Shown here: piece after piece, positions 12,751-26,211 of the stretch
Layout: every line of letters starts with the position of its first letter
Numbering within the stretch: the stretch's first letter is position 1
Origin: Octopus bimaculoides
Taxonomy: Eukaryota
Direction of reading: 5' to 3'
DNA: 64,000 nt
Assembly (NCBI RefSeq): GCF_001194135.2
Contig: NC_069005.1
Coordinates: 8,417,260-8,481,259, forward strand
Program-made: the position numbers and the translations under genes
Notes under the pieces: model-generated
What the model saw: only the letters and a program-made list of their open reading frames with translations
Databases searched by the model: none
What the model was told of the DNA's origin: nothing

Positions 12751-12790
12751 TCTTTGATGAAGGTCTAAGCTGACTAGAAACCAGTCAAGA
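12751..12790 (+). ncRNA. Degenerate type I hammerhead ribozyme motif in a PLE-like remnant
   Basis: TCTT-[TGATGA]-A-GGTC-taagct-GACT-A-[GAAA]-CCAG-[TC]-AAGA. Stem I TCTT/AAGA, stem II GGTC/GACT. The core lacks its first C, and the stem III palindrome (ACCGGT) appears decayed to ACCAGT. Followed by about 115 nt and then (CA)n. Confidence 0.5.
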
Positions 12791-12903
12791 CCAACTGGAA
12801 TTTTTCTAGTGATGGAGAGATAAAATTTGTGATGTAAACACTTTATTTACTTTCCACCATAATGCTAAAATTGTATGTTTGCTTAGATATAATCTATATT
12901 TCA

Positions 12904-12964
<61 letters not shown>

Positions 12965-13463
12965 CACACACACATACATATAAACAAGCACATATAAGAC
13001 AGCTAATACCAGAACATGCAGAATTCTATTTGCTACACAAAATAGATTTTCAGTTATATATGTATGTTGATCTCCTTTAGAATTTCGATATATATACCTA
13101 CACTCTTTTATTGTGGAGACATAGCTACTGGATATGTGTGAAGCACACACATACTGCCATCTCCCTTCACCTCAACCATGTGGACTTTAAATAAATTCTA
13201 GCTCAATGTTTTTGATTACTGAAAGCCAGAGAATAAGAAGCCTGTTNNNNNNNNNNNNNNNNNNNNNNNNNNNNNNNNNNNNNNNNNNNNNNNNNNNNNN
13301 NNNNNNNNNNNNNNNNNNNNNNNNNNNNNNNNNNNNNNNNNNNNNNGTGAGTAATTATTTAAGTATTGGGTATGTTCCCAGTAGTTAGCCAACAAAGCAT
13401 GTTCACTGCCCTATGACTACCTGACGTCATCTACGGTATTTACACAATTGTCACTGGATCTAC

Positions 13464-13672
13464 CTCAGGAATTCATCAGAGTTTGTTGAATACATAACAA
13501 ATGATAGAGATGGGAAATGGAACATACAAGACATTTTATTGCTCACATTGATTATTTTGAACCTGTATTGATCCCTTGCAGGCGGGATACTGTGCAACTG
13601 GATGTGGTGCCTCCCTTGGTGCAGAAGTGTCTTGTCAGATGATATTCTAAGTGGTATCTCATTAAATAAACC
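13464..13672 (-). CDS. Candidate internal exon (GLFNEIPLRISSDKTLLHQ...YSTNSDEFL)
   Basis: Unique sequence; 69 open codons between gaaacag| and gag|gtagat. No homologue recognised. Confidence 0.25.
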
Positions 13673-14052
13673 CTGTTTCACTCGGTTTTGATACAGCATA
13701 TGTGTGTATGTGTGCATGTGTATATATGTATGTGTTTGTATGCATGTGTGTATATGTGTTTGTATGTTATGGACTCTCTCATCATTAAACAACGAATGGG
13801 GGGTTTCATAATTACTTACTGGACGACCTGCACAGATATTTTATTTATAGTGATCAAATGTTTGTGTGGTATGTAAGCTCACTCCCTTTATCAAATCTAC
13901 ATTGTCTGTACGGGTGCTCAAGTGTATCATGCATTAGATGTTGAAGTGATTGCAGAGAAACAGGAAATGAAGTATTTTGCTCAAGAGCACGATGTACTGC
14001 TTGGCTGAAACTATGATCTTATAATCAGGAATGCAACACCCTAACGACTAGG

Positions 14053-14105
<53 letters not shown>

Positions 14106-15019
14106 CTTGTGTATTCAAGTTTCTATTAGTTTCATGTTGAGGAATTCCTTAACAATTATTCAAACCTATCGCATAGAAAAATTGGTGTTTGTCTCCATTT
14201 TGGATCAAAACATATTCTCCTTGTCATCATTTGACATCTGTTCTCTTTGTATGGGTTGGCATTTCTAGAGGAGCTGGTGAGCCATCTAACTAAGCCAAGC
14301 TTCAGTATCATCTTTGACATGGTTCTTATTGCATTCTGTCCTTCTTAATACTATGCACTTTGCAGAGTGCCCTGAGTAATTTTGACCTGGTACCAGCATC
14401 AGTGAAGTAATTGAGTACTTTGCAAGGCAAGGCCCTTCAAATGAGGAAGGTGTAGTACTGAGGGAGGTGGCTTTGAGCCATGTGACAGGAGATTAACATA
14501 TGGTGTAGGGACAGAAACAAGTGTCTTGCTGTAGAGGAGATACATGGACACATGGCTAACTCAGTTGGAAAAGGGCAAAGATGGTGGTAAAGATGTGTCA
14601 GGGTGTACGCTCAAGTTACATCATCATCATCATTATCATCAACAGCATCATCATCGTTTAGTGTCTGCTTTCCATGCTGGAATGGATTAGATGGTTTAAC
14701 TGAAACTGGTAAGCTGGAGGGCGACACCAGGTTCCAATCTGATTTGGCATCATAGAACAAGTTATTGTGGTTCAGATTCATTACTAATTTGCTTAATGTT
14801 TTAAAACTGGACTCAATCTCCAGCCTTTTGAAAGCATCTAACAGTTTAGGAGAAATTTTTAAAACACTCTTTGCTTTTCAAAGAATATAATCCACAGAAC
14901 TCAAAAGGAATAATGGGATGTATCAGGTTGTTTTTTTGTATTTTATATATATGTCAGCAATAATTAAATCTTTGTCATTGATAGAAGGGACTTCTCTGAA
15001 ATATGAGGTATATTTTCTA

Positions 15020-15510
15020 TGCACCATATAATTATATAGTTTGAGTGCAAGTATGCCTTGAGGGTACCATGTCATTTTACCTTTGAGTACTAAACAATTT
15101 CTAGGTACTTTACATTTTCCATTTCCATAACCATATGATTTTACCTTTGACTACCATGTATTTTTACCTTCCTGTACCATATAATTTTACCTTTGGGTAC
15201 CATGTAATTTTGCCTTTGATCAACATGATTTTCCTATGAGTACCATATAATTTTATTTTTCAGTACTATACCTTGAAGTATCATAATTTTAAATCGGACT
15301 TCAATGTAATTTCTATCTTTGTGTATCCTATAATTTTTTCTTTCATGTCTAATATAATTTTACATTGAATTACCATTATGATTTTCCTTTTGAAAAATCA
15401 TCTACATTATCTTTGAAACTCATAATTATAGCTTGGATTATCTTATTTTTTTTTTATCTCTGAGTACAATAGAATTTTACTTTACAGCACCATATGGTCA
15501 TATCTTTTCT
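15020..15510. repeat. Degenerate 23-bp minisatellite (consensus approximately GAGTACCATATAATTTTACCTTT)
   Basis: Adjacent units such as ctgtaccatataattttaccttt / gggtaccatgtaattttgccttt / gagtaccatataattttattttt, decaying toward both ends. Confidence 0.8.
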
Positions 15511-15884
15511 GCTGTTGTGTTTTTTTTTATTATTTTGCATTTAGTTCCTTGTACTACCACATAAAGCAGGATGTTATATTTTCCTTAAATTTATTATTTT
15601 TTGTGGGGAGCTCTTGTTTTTAATATTAGATACTCCTTTCTATCGTTAAGTACTATAATTAATATATATATGTGTGTGTGAGTGTGCACTCATGTATGTG
15701 CATGCACACACACACACACACCTTCTCCAACAGCAGTCTCACCTGGTCCCTAAGTATTCTTTGTCTTTATTCTATTGCTTCTTACCCTTATTTTCTGATG
15801 AAGGACACTTTCCTTTTCTTTTCAAGCATTATATTAATAATACCTTGCTTAAAACTTATCCCACATGTGTTTTTCTTGTTTTAG

Positions 15885-15926
15885 CTCCTTCATCAAGTAT
15901 GTCTGAGTGGCATGCACTTTCTACCA
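15885..15926 (+). CDS. Candidate 42-nt exon (LLHQVCLSGMHFLP or xPSSSMSEWHALST)
   Basis: Acceptor tttttcttgttttag| and donor ca|gtatgt; two frames open. Confidence 0.3.
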
Positions 15927-16606
15927 GTATGTAACATTTCAGCAAGAAGAATATCAATGTTAGCTATAGTTGCCTGGATAACATCACTTTTCAGATTTTG
16001 TACCACAACACAAGACATATCTTTAGGCTTTTATAAGTACAGTGTAATCCCTTTCAATGCTATCAGCAGATGGTGTTATAGAAAGCATTTGCACTGTATT
16101 ATGCAGAACACCTAAAGATCAAATACAACTAGCACATAGTTTTATTTACATTGAAATAAAATTAATTTCACCTCTCTGCCTCAGTATATCTGGAAATTAA
16201 AAAAAAAGAGAAAATCCAAAAACATTACAATGACTGAGAGTATTATGGATGTCACAACGATGTACAGCAGAGGAGCAAAGAGATTTGACTTACGCTGTCT
16301 GAAAAGTACCATTTTCTCACACAACTGTGCAGATTTTTGAATGTTAAATTCAAAATTTTAAACTTTTGTCATTACAAGACAAAATTCTTGTTAAAGTCTT
16401 TGCAAACCCAGCCTTCCTTATCTGATCAATAAATGTCTGGACTGTTGCCATAGTAATGAAATTAAAGCATGTAGAGTGAAGTTGCTTGGCACAAATTGAC
16501 CTTGAACTCTGCTGTGCATGCACATTAAGTTTTAACATTCTAGCTCACTTCCACTGTTTACAGCACTGCTTGGAAGGAAGGTGTGATCAAACCTCATATG
16601 TGTGTC

Positions 16607-16643
<37 letters not shown>

Positions 16644-16687
16644 ATATACATTATATATGTACATATGTATGTATATACATTGTGAAT

Positions 16688-17045
16688 GTGCATGGCTCAG
16701 TGGTTAGAATGTCAAACTTAGGATCGTAAGGTTGTGAGTTTGATTCCTGGACCAGGCTGCGTGTTGTGTTCTTGAGCAAGACACTTCATTTCATGCCGCT
16801 CCAGTTCACTCAGCTGTAGAAATGAGTTGTGACATCTCTGGTGCCAAGCTGTATCAGCGTTTGCTTTTCTCTTGGATAAAATTGGTGGTGTGGTGGGGGG
16901 AGGCCGGTATGCATTGGCAACTGCTAGTCTTCTATAAAAACAACCCTTATGTATTTGCCGGTGAGGCGACTTTCCGCCCAGACTTGTACCCCGGAGGGGA
17001 ACCTCTGAGGTGCAACCATGGCCATTTGTGACCAACCGAGTCAAG
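16688..17045 (+). mobile_element. Family D tRNA-derived SINE with a conserved central domain (gtgttgtgttcttgagcaagacac)
   Basis: A box (tggctcagtgg) and B-box-like gagtttgattcc, then the central domain shared with 25905-26140 (+) and 62885-63203 (-). Confidence 0.75.
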
Positions 17046-17338
17046 TTATGTATATACATCTATGTATATCTTTTATTTTGTTTTTTCTTTTACTTGTTTC
17101 AGTCATTAGACTGCGGCCATGCTGGGGCATTGCCTTGAAGACATTTAGTCAGATGAATTGATCCTGGTTCTTATTTTTCTTGTTTTATAAGCCTACTACT
17201 TATTCTATCAGTCTCTTTTGCTGAACTGCTACATCAAGGGGGATGTAAACACACCAACACTGGTTGTCAAAAGGTGGTTGGAGACAAGCACAGGCACAAA
17301 GGCAAGCGTACACACACACTCTCTCTCATATATACATG

Positions 17339-17457
<119 letters not shown>

Positions 17458-19317
17458 AAACCCCCACACAGAAGGTGAGAGAGAGTTCTGTATGAAAAGT
17501 GGTTTTATCTTTCTCATAAAAGCTAAAAATGAAGCCGTTTTATTTATTTTTTTTTTTTTTATACATTTAGTGACTCTCCACAAGGAAACATAATCTTTAT
17601 TATTCCTCATTCCAGCCACTGTTCATTCTTCAATGAAAATAACTGAAATGAAGTGTAGCAATTGGAGTTTAAATGTATCTTGAGAACTGCATTGGAAAGA
17701 AAGTAAATATAAAAAAAACGAATCTAAATATAAATAAAAAGCACCCCTTCCTCTCCAAACACACAAAGAATACAAGAAGACAAAAGAAAACCATTAAAAA
17801 AAGAATAGGAAAGGAAAAGAAGCATCTCATACATTTTAGTCTATGTCTATCTGAAGATACTGAGTTCAATTAAATTAGCTGCTCAATTTTCACCTTCCTT
17901 TCTGCATTTTGTTTTGATATTTCTTTTTGTTTTCAGCTTTTTTTTTTAACATTTTAGTCTTTTCTTTATTTTATATTTGTGATTTTTTTTTCTTCACATT
18001 TCGTCTTGCACTTTTTCTCTTTCATTCACTTTCATTTACCCACCCCTCTTATCTGACCTGTGAGAAGGGTTATTCAAAAAATAAACTAGGTATTAACTCC
18101 AAAGGTGAGATTTTCTTCAAATGCTCACACTTCCTGTCTTCCTTTACACCTTTCCGCTCTTCTTCTTGCTCCTCATCTTCTCTCACAAATGTCTTCTTCT
18201 TGTAACTTCTATCTTCTTCTGTTTCTTTTTATTTTTTTATTTTTTTTATTTTTCCATTATTCTATCTATTTCTGGTCTTCTTTTGGCTTCTATTTTAAAT
18301 TTTGCTTCATCTTTTTTTTTATTCACTTCTCTGAATTGCTCTTTCTTTTCTTTCTTTCTTTTTCTTTCTTTCTTTCTTTCTCATCAACTCCTTTAACCAT
18401 TTACAATTGTCATTGCTTTGGTGGAACCAGTTTTTTTTTCACTTAAATTTACATTTATTTTATCACTGCTTTTTCTCTCCCACTTGCCTTCTTCCCAGAT
18501 TTTTATGCTCACATATGTAGATTATTGTTTTTGTTATTGCTTACTCCTGGAATGGCCTTAAACAAGTAGGCATTCTATCAGTGACCATCCTCTCTTAATT
18601 TTTAAAGTCATTTTCCTAGTATCCTGCCTTAGTTTTTAATACAGAATTTGGGAGAGATTTGGCTGCTCTTTCTGGCAGCTCCAGTTACTACTTCTGATTT
18701 TTGAATTTTATTTTTTTCATCTTATTGGTTTATACTTCTCTGTGTTTCTTTTTATGTTCATTTTTATTAGGAAACCATATGAGAGATTGTTTGTGGTTAA
18801 TGTGAGGACATCCTTGAATAAATGAGTACTGCTCTGATCAAAAGCAGTCCAGCTGTGATCAATCTCTATTTTCTTTTCAATTTAAACACCAGGAAGTAAA
18901 AATTGCTTGCTATTTCTAGCACTCTGAGCAACCACATGGAACCCTTTCATTGGCTTTATTCCCTGTCAGTTATGATCAAGCCGATCTATAATCTTTGGTG
19001 CCCCACCTGTAATCATCTGTCTTTATTCAGACACATTGCACTTTAGACCACATAATCAAACATGTCTTTCTTTTCTATGATGCTAACTAGCAAGAGAGTG
19101 GTGTGAGGAAGATTTAGTTATATTCCTGTCTGGTGGAACAACCACTCACAGAGATTCTTGTATTGTCTTTAGCTCAGGTGGTTTCCTATTGTTGTTACTG
19201 TCACTTTTGCTCCTTACAATTTTGTTCATTGTAAGGCCCGAGTGTTTACCCAGTGTTGAAGTTAACCATTCCATCATGATGATCTATCCATGGAACTTAT
19301 TCCATAAAACTGGGAAA

Positions 19318-19482
19318 TTGAGTTCAAATTCTGCCGAGGTTGACTTTGCCTTTCATCCTTTCGGAGTTGATTAAATACGTACCAGTTGCGCACTGGGGTT
19401 GATATAATCGACTTAATCCATTTGTCTGTCCTTGTTTGTCCCCTCTGTGTGTAGCCCCCTGGGGGCAAAAAAGAAATAAGAA
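19318..19482 (+). mobile_element. Family B SINE carrying a Deu/Nin-type domain
   Basis: gagttcaaattctgccgaggttgactttgcctttcatcctttcggagttgattaaatacgtaccag resembles the Nin/Deu core GCCTTTCATCCTTxCGxGGTCGATAAAATGAGTACC as I recall it. Confidence 0.75.
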
Positions 19483-19872
19483 ACTGAAAGAAGCCCATCG
19501 TATTTGTGCATATATATATTTCTATGTGTTGGTGTGTTTACATCTCCGTAAATTAGTAGTTTGGCAAGAGAGATTGATAGAATAAGCATCAGGCTTTAAA
19601 AAAAAAGTACTGGGTCAATTCATTTGACTAAAAATTCTTCAAGGTGGTGCTCCAGCATGGCCACAGTCTAATGACTGAAACAAGCAAAAGGTAACTAAAT
19701 AGATAGATAGATAGATAGATAGAACCACATACTATAGGATTTTGAAATTGTGGACAAAGATTTCAGTAATTGGTTTAATTTCAAAGCCAGTTTACCTATA
19801 GACTCTGGGTGGAGTTGAGCAAGAGGTCAGTCAAGTAAATAGTAAACTGATTCAACGTTGTTTCTCTTGCAG

Positions 19873-19981
19873 CATTTGGACAATAACTGGAGTTGCTTGC
19901 TATATGAAAAAGTTTCCAGCTATGATGTCATTTATTTATTTCAGTTTTATTGGATATTTTCAATTTACTTTGGAATATATG
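19873..19981 (+). CDS. Candidate exon encoding a hydrophobic (membrane-type) segment: IWTITGVACYMKKFPAMMSFIYFSFIGYFQFTLEYM or HLDNNWSCLLYEKVSSYDVIYLFQFYWIFSIYFGIY
   Basis: Strong acceptor ttgtttctcttgcag| and donor atg|gtatgt; 109 nt; two of three frames open. Confidence 0.45.
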
Positions 19982-21715
19982 GTATGTGTATGCAAGTGTA
20001 TTTCAACATGCATGCATGTATGTATGTATGTATGTATGTATGTATGTATGTATGTATCTATCTATCTATCTACATACATACATACATGTGTCTTTGTGTC
20101 TATGGATGTGTGTGTATGTATGTATATATATTATATATGTGTATTTATATATGTGTATGTGTATGTTTGTATCTGTTTATATGCATATACATGTATGTAT
20201 TTATGTATGAACATATATATGCATGTGTGTTTGTTTGTGTATATATGCTTATATATGGATGTGTGTATGCATAAATATATATATATAAATATATATATAT
20301 ACGTGGGTGTATGTATGCTTATTTCTCCCTTTCTTTTTCCTTCACTTCCTAATTGTGTACATGGTTGTATATATATATACCTGTGTATGTGTGTGTGAAT
20401 ATATATATATATATATATATATGAGAAAAGAATATATACCTGGAGAAAAAAGAAAGCTATTTGATATAGTAGAATGCAATAAAATTAATTTTAAGCTGAA
20501 ACTTCACAAATTACAACTTTGAGTTTCACATTTACCAATTCTCAACCAATAATGGAAATGAAACAACTGATCTCATATTTATATACAAAATAAATAGCCA
20601 TTGAATATGAGATGCATATTAACAAAAGAAAAACTTTTCATTTGTTCAGAACATGTGACAGTGTGCTACAGTGCTATCTAGCATTTAACCGTTACGCATT
20701 TTGAAATATTTCAACAAAAAAATTTGATTTTGATTTATTGCAACAAAATGATATTGGCACAGAACGAGTAGTTAGGATATAACTCCTATGGAACAATATT
20801 GATTGTTCTGGGTTTTTTTTTTTCTCAGAAATACAAAGATCACCACCATCATTACCCTGAACATAAGGTTTGGCATATTCTAATGTGTGTGTCTATATAT
20901 GTGTGTATATCATCATCATCATCATTATCGTCATTTAATGTCTATTTTCCATGCTGGCATGGGTTAGATTGTTTGACTGGGACTTCTAAGCCGGAGAGCT
21001 GCACTAGGCTCCAGTTGTCTGCTTTGGTTTGGATTCAAAGGCTGGATGCCCTTCCTAACATCAACCACTTTACAGAGTGTATTAGGTGTCTTCTTTGTGT
21101 CACAGGCACGGGTGCCTTTTCCATGTCATTGACACTGGCAATGACCATAATTCACTTACTATGATGTGTCTTCTTAAGCACAGCAAAACACCAGATTTAT
21201 CTATGTATATCATACATTGGCACAGGCATTTCTCTGTGGTAAGGAGTTTGCTTCTCAGCCACATGGTCTTGGGTTTAATCCCACAGCATGGCACCTTGAG
21301 CAAGTGTCTTCTACTATAGCCCCAAGATGGAGAGAGTGAGCTTATGTGTACACAAATATTTTGCTGCTGTATCTTGCAAGTTGATTACCTATCATTTTTA
21401 TATCAGAGACTATATTCTTCAATATAAACTTTATCTAAATTGGTAAAGTGAGAAAGTTTTGGCTGTTATTTTCAACCAGCTGAATGACTGTACATCTGCA
21501 ACTTGTTGGACAAAATTGTTTGCCAATGAACAGCTCCCACTCTCTTCTGTCTTACACTCTTTATTAAATATCTTCATATCTTCAGAGCAGGTGGCTGAAC
21601 TAACAGGCTAGTTACATCATTACTTCAGTCACTTTTAGAGACAATGTGAGTTTTGATAGGAAGAGTAAATTTCTTTTTTTGGTAGGGTTACATACCTTAA
21701 CACACACGTGTACGT

Positions 21716-21752
<37 letters not shown>

Positions 21753-22372
21753 TATATACAGAGGATGGATTACATGGTTCTGGAAATGTAAATACTTTTG
21801 TATTGAATTGTTGGAAAAGGAGCTGAAGTGGTCTCTTTTTTACTTCTTATTCTTCAGGCTTGTATTTTACAGCAAGTTGCTGCTTTCTGCCAACATGCAA
21901 CTCATTTGTTTAAGAGGCATCCCTAGAATATACAAGCCCCCACCCACCAATACTCTGTAGACATTCTCTTAGTATTTATTTAGTCAATGAACCAGTGGGA
22001 CATTGTCAGCTTAATAGTCTCTTGATCTGCTCAATATAACAGTTAAATCATTGTCAATAAACTCCCTGCTTTCCTTTAACAATGGAATAAAATGGTAGGA
22101 AGATGGGTGAGTGGATGGTTAAGTGCGGAAGAAGAAGAGGTAATCGAGTAGTAGTAGTAGTAGTGGTGGTGTTGAATGAATTGATAGTGCTGGTGGTAGT
22201 GGTGGTGGTGCTGGTGTATGGCTATAAAGACTGAATGGCTATAACTAGAAACATCAACTGAATACGTTGTTTTATTGGTTGCCATTTTTCTCTTACTCTG
22301 TATGCATGTCCCTGTTGATATGTGAGTGGGTGTCTGTGTGTGTAAATGTGTTTTACTATATACGTATATATC

Positions 22373-22463
<91 letters not shown>

Positions 22464-22645
22464 ATATGCATATGTGTGTGTGTGCATGTGTGTATACATG
22501 TATATATGCACACACCCACATATGTACATACATATACACACACACATATGTAGGTGGATACAGGTGTGCATGTATGTGTGCGTGTGTGTATATGTTAAAT
22601 TGTGTTGTATGTATGTGCATTCATGCATGTGTATGTGTGCCTGTG

Positions 22646-22693
<48 letters not shown>

Positions 22694-22796
22694 TCTATAT
22701 ATAAAGTATCTGTATATTACAACCTTTTCGCTTTTCCCCTGTGTCTTTTTTCTCTCATTCTAGCATATTCAATCCTACTTGAAAATTGCACACATG

Positions 22797-22838
<42 letters not shown>

Positions 22839-23052
22839 ACCGTTTGCGTGCAAAAATCATCAATTTATCATACACATGCATGTAGATGTGTCCAAATGCA
22901 TAATATAGATTCATACACACACAAACACACATATACACATACACACATTTACATATGGTCATACATGTGCACACATACATATGCATACCAGAATGAATAA
23001 GAAGTGAGGACATTGGATGGGAATAAGCAAAAATAATAATAATAATGATGGC

Positions 23053-23083
<31 letters not shown>

Positions 23084-23370
23084 GTAGTAGTAATAATAAT
23101 AATAATAATAATAATAATAGTAGTAATAATGATAATAATAATGGTGATGATGATATATTAAGTTCTTTATGTCCTTATAGAGAATGCATAAAATCAAATT
23201 TTCTGTCTTTGCTGGTCACAAGACAATTCAGTTGTCACAGTTTTGAATTGATATGGCTGTGCAATAGATATATTTTCATTTTCTTTGTACAGTTTTCACC
23301 CCAACCCCTTTCTCACGCACATTACATCTTCATATATGTAGTTTCTAGTTTATGTGAGCTGTGCAAACAG

Positions 23371-23424
23371 ATATGATATCTACTCTGCTGTCCTCAGCTC
23401 TGCTACTGCGGGTTCTTAATATAG
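23371..23424 (+). CDS. Candidate short exon (xMISTLLSSALLLRVLNI), with an alternative acceptor at 23398
   Basis: Donor tag|gtaagg; acceptors aaacag| (23371) and ctgtcctcag| (23398); phase 1-1 frame open. Confidence 0.3.
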
Positions 23425-23672
23425 GTAAGGCAGAGAGGTATTTGCCAATTTTTTAATGTTTTGTCTTTATAATTTTTTATGTATTTTTTTATTTATTTTA
23501 CAGTTGACAATACTTTATTCAAAATACCTAGGACTAGAACTCTTTCAAATTTTGGATTTTTTTTTCGTGTTTGTATTATGGGATTATTGTATATTTGCTC
23601 TGTAAAGTAGGAGAGCTTGAAAATGGGACCCAAATTTAAACATATTATCCATTTGCATTTTATTATACAGCT

Positions 23673-23709
<37 letters not shown>

Positions 23710-23899
23710 NNNNNNNNNNNNNNNNNNNNNNNNNNNNNNNNNNNNNNNNNNNNNNNNNACACATACATACCATGAAGGTAGTTTTATATAAATTTTGTGC
23801 TTGTTCAGTTTCATGCATGCAACAGCCTCATTTTGTGAGTGCTTCATTTAATAAACTTTCACCTCATTATCACACTTTTTTCATCTTTTCTATCACATT

Positions 23900-24575
23900 T
23901 TTATTAGACTCAGGTGAGGATACACACGAAAACCTAATTCAGTGTTTCTCAACCATTTTTTTTTTACCTATGAACCTCTTTGATTCCTATTTTACTCAGG
24001 TGCCCCCCCCCCCCAACCAGTCAATGTTAAAAAAATCCTATTATATTTTTGTAATTAAATATTACTAAGAATCATATATGAAAAGGAATTGTTAAAATGT
24101 TTTGTGTATTGTTGAAGTATAACCTATTTACTACACACAATTTTTAACAGCAAAATTTTATATGGTCCCTTAAGTGTGATATGGACCCTGGTTGAGAACA
24201 CCTGATCTTTGTACCTACTTCTCCTCTTCTGATGATCAAATGCTGGAGCTGGTGCATTACTGTACCAACACCTGTAGTTCTAGCATCTGATTCAACCTCT
24301 TGATTCCCATCGCTTGCGAATATGGCCCCCAAATACTTCAGCCTCTCTGCTTGTCTCAGTGTTGTTCCTCTGGTATGCAGAGTGCACCAGAGAGACTTTT
24401 TTGGGGAGTAGACCACTGTCTCCATCTTTGCAACACTAATTCTCATCCCTGCTTTGTAGCACTCAGCAGTGAACCAATTCAATGAATGCTGGAGAAAACC
24501 TTCTGATGAGCCGACTTGTACCATGTTGCCTGCAAATATCAGCCTATTGATGCTGCACCCACCAATTGTGATACC
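23900..24575 (-). mobile_element. RTE-clade (Expander/Rex3-like) reverse transcriptase fragment interrupted by a MITE
   Basis: Minus: RLIFAGNMVQ (decayed FADD)...ECYKAGMRISVAKMETVV...ERLKYLGAIFASDG...; resumes beyond the MITE as VFVCILT (compare the RTE pattern IFVPILTY). Confidence 0.8.
23940..24204. mobile_element. hAT-type MITE nested in the RTE fragment
   Basis: TIRs cagtgtttctcaacc / ggttgagaacacctg; same family as 26212-26580, in opposite orientation and internally shorter; no clean TSD. Confidence 0.75.
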
Positions 24576-24723
24576 ACTTCAATAATTACCTCATTATCCA
24601 CACTTCTGTTAACCTCATTATCATGCTTCTCTTAGTCTTACTACAACACTTCCATTTGCCTCATACCTCTGCTGGCCTAATTATCACACTTCTGTAAACC
24701 TTCTTGTCACACCTCTATAAGCC

Positions 24724-25089
24724 TCACACTTTTGTTAGCCTCATATAGGAATGAATAAGACATAGAAATAAATAACTCTGTATAACTATCTTAGACCATG
24801 ATAAGCTGTCTAACTCCTGTTTGGATATCATCATTGTATTACCATCACTGCAACTGACACCATCCCACCACCACCATCTCGACATGGATGCGAAAATGGA
24901 TGTGAAACTGTTCATAATAATGACATTGTCCTGTGTAGCTTTTCTTTTTGAAGATAGACAATTGCGATTTGAGAGTGATTTAGCATCTATTTTTTGCTGG
25001 TCATCAGCTTGATATGTGTGTAGCTTGTACTTTGTGTGGGCAGTGTACAGAAAATTGGCATCTGCTTTAATCTCTTGAACTTTCTGCAT
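24724..25089 (-). CDS. Long open frame in mostly unique sequence, possible exon (QKVQEIKADANFLYTAHTKYKLHTYQADDQQKIDAKSLSNR...)
   Basis: 121 open codons in AT-rich DNA; possible acceptor catgcag| near 25083; donor uncertain; no homologue recognised. Confidence 0.25.
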   Translation of the reverse strand: MQKVQEIKADANFLYTAHTKYKLHTYQADDQQKIDAKSLSNRNCLSSKRKATQDNVIIMNSFTSIFASMSRWWWWDGVSCSDGNTMMISKQELDSLSWSKIVIQSYLFLCLIHSYMRLTKV

Positions 25090-25616
25090 GTGTTTGAGGG
25101 AACTGAATTAAATTAACTTTAATTTTTTCACATTGCTTACTTAGATAGAGACACGACTTAGTGGTTAAGAAGTTTCACAACCACGTGGTTTAGAGTTCAG
25201 TTCCACTGTATGGTATCATGGGCAAATGTCTTCTACTGTAGCTCCAGTCCAATCAAAGCCTTATGAGATGATTTGGGAGATGGAAACTGAAAGAAGCACA
25301 TAATTGTGTGTGTGTGTGCACGTGTGCACATGTGTGTGTACATGCATACATGTGTTTACATATGAGCTTCTTTGAAAATTTACTCATCTACAAGTGAAGA
25401 TGTAATTTCTCCTATCAAATGGTTTACAACTCTGATAGTGTGTGTAATAAATGATCTCTTGCTTGATAAACAAGTAAGGGTTAGCAGCAGGAAGGACATC
25501 CATCTGATTGCAAAACGATGCCTGGGTCATGTATTCATCTAATCTATGCTTGCATAGCAAAATGAATGTCAAAAAAAAAAAGGGAAAAATAAACACTGAT
25601 GTTAGAAAAGACAGAC

Positions 25617-25736
25617 CAGTTCATGTGATGTGGTGCTTCTTAATAAGGTCTGAGGAAACCATGACTCAAAATTTCTCCTCAAAGCAGAGACTTGTTCTAG
25701 CTCCATGTAGTGGAATGATACTCCACTGAGAGACAC
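25617..25736 (-). CDS. Candidate 120-nt exon (VSLSGVSFHYMELEQVSALRRNFESWFPQTLLRSTTSHEL)
   Basis: Acceptor gagtttttag|, weak donor ctg|gtctgt; phase 0-0 frame open. Confidence 0.3.
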
Positions 25737-26211
25737 CTAAAAACTCTGTCCTTAGGCATTCCCTTAGCAATATTTCCTGTATTCTGTTTCTTAGACAAGA
25801 CACTGTAACTATATCACTGATAATATCATCATATTGAAACTTGGTTCTTATTTGACCTTTTCTTTCTTGTATTCTTTTATTAGTCTTATTCAGTCAGCCT
25901 AAAGGCAGTAACCTAGTGGTTAGGTTGTTGCACTTAGAATTGCAAGAGACCATGGTTTCAGTTTGTGGACTGGGCAGTGTGTTGTGTTCTTGAGCAAAAC
26001 ACTTCATTTCATGTTGCTCCATTCTACCCAGCTGCAAGTAAGTCAACCCTGCATCCGGTTCAGGGAAAGTATTTTCATCTCAGTCACTTACAGGCTATGG
26101 AAACTAGGTAGTTGGGCCTATGAGTTCTAGGACTTATAACAGTAATGTCCGGTGGGGTTACTCATTCAATGGTGATGGGTCCTCTTTCAAATGATTTTTT
26201 ATGGTTTAGTT

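Noticed and set aside
15020-15510. CRISPR-like repeat array
   Set aside because: Units are contiguous and degenerate with no unique spacers; the context is eukaryotic and there are no cas genes.
15795-15820. Hammerhead core CTGATGA with an AGGA/TCCT stem
   Set aside because: Followed by TTTC rather than GAAA; no stem III or cleavage triplet.
23017-23376. Poly-Asn or poly-Tyr ORF
   Set aside because: (AAT)n microsatellite.
24503-24525. CTGATGAG hammerhead-like start
   Set aside because: It is the antisense of the RTE RT coding sequence and has no downstream GAAA or stems.
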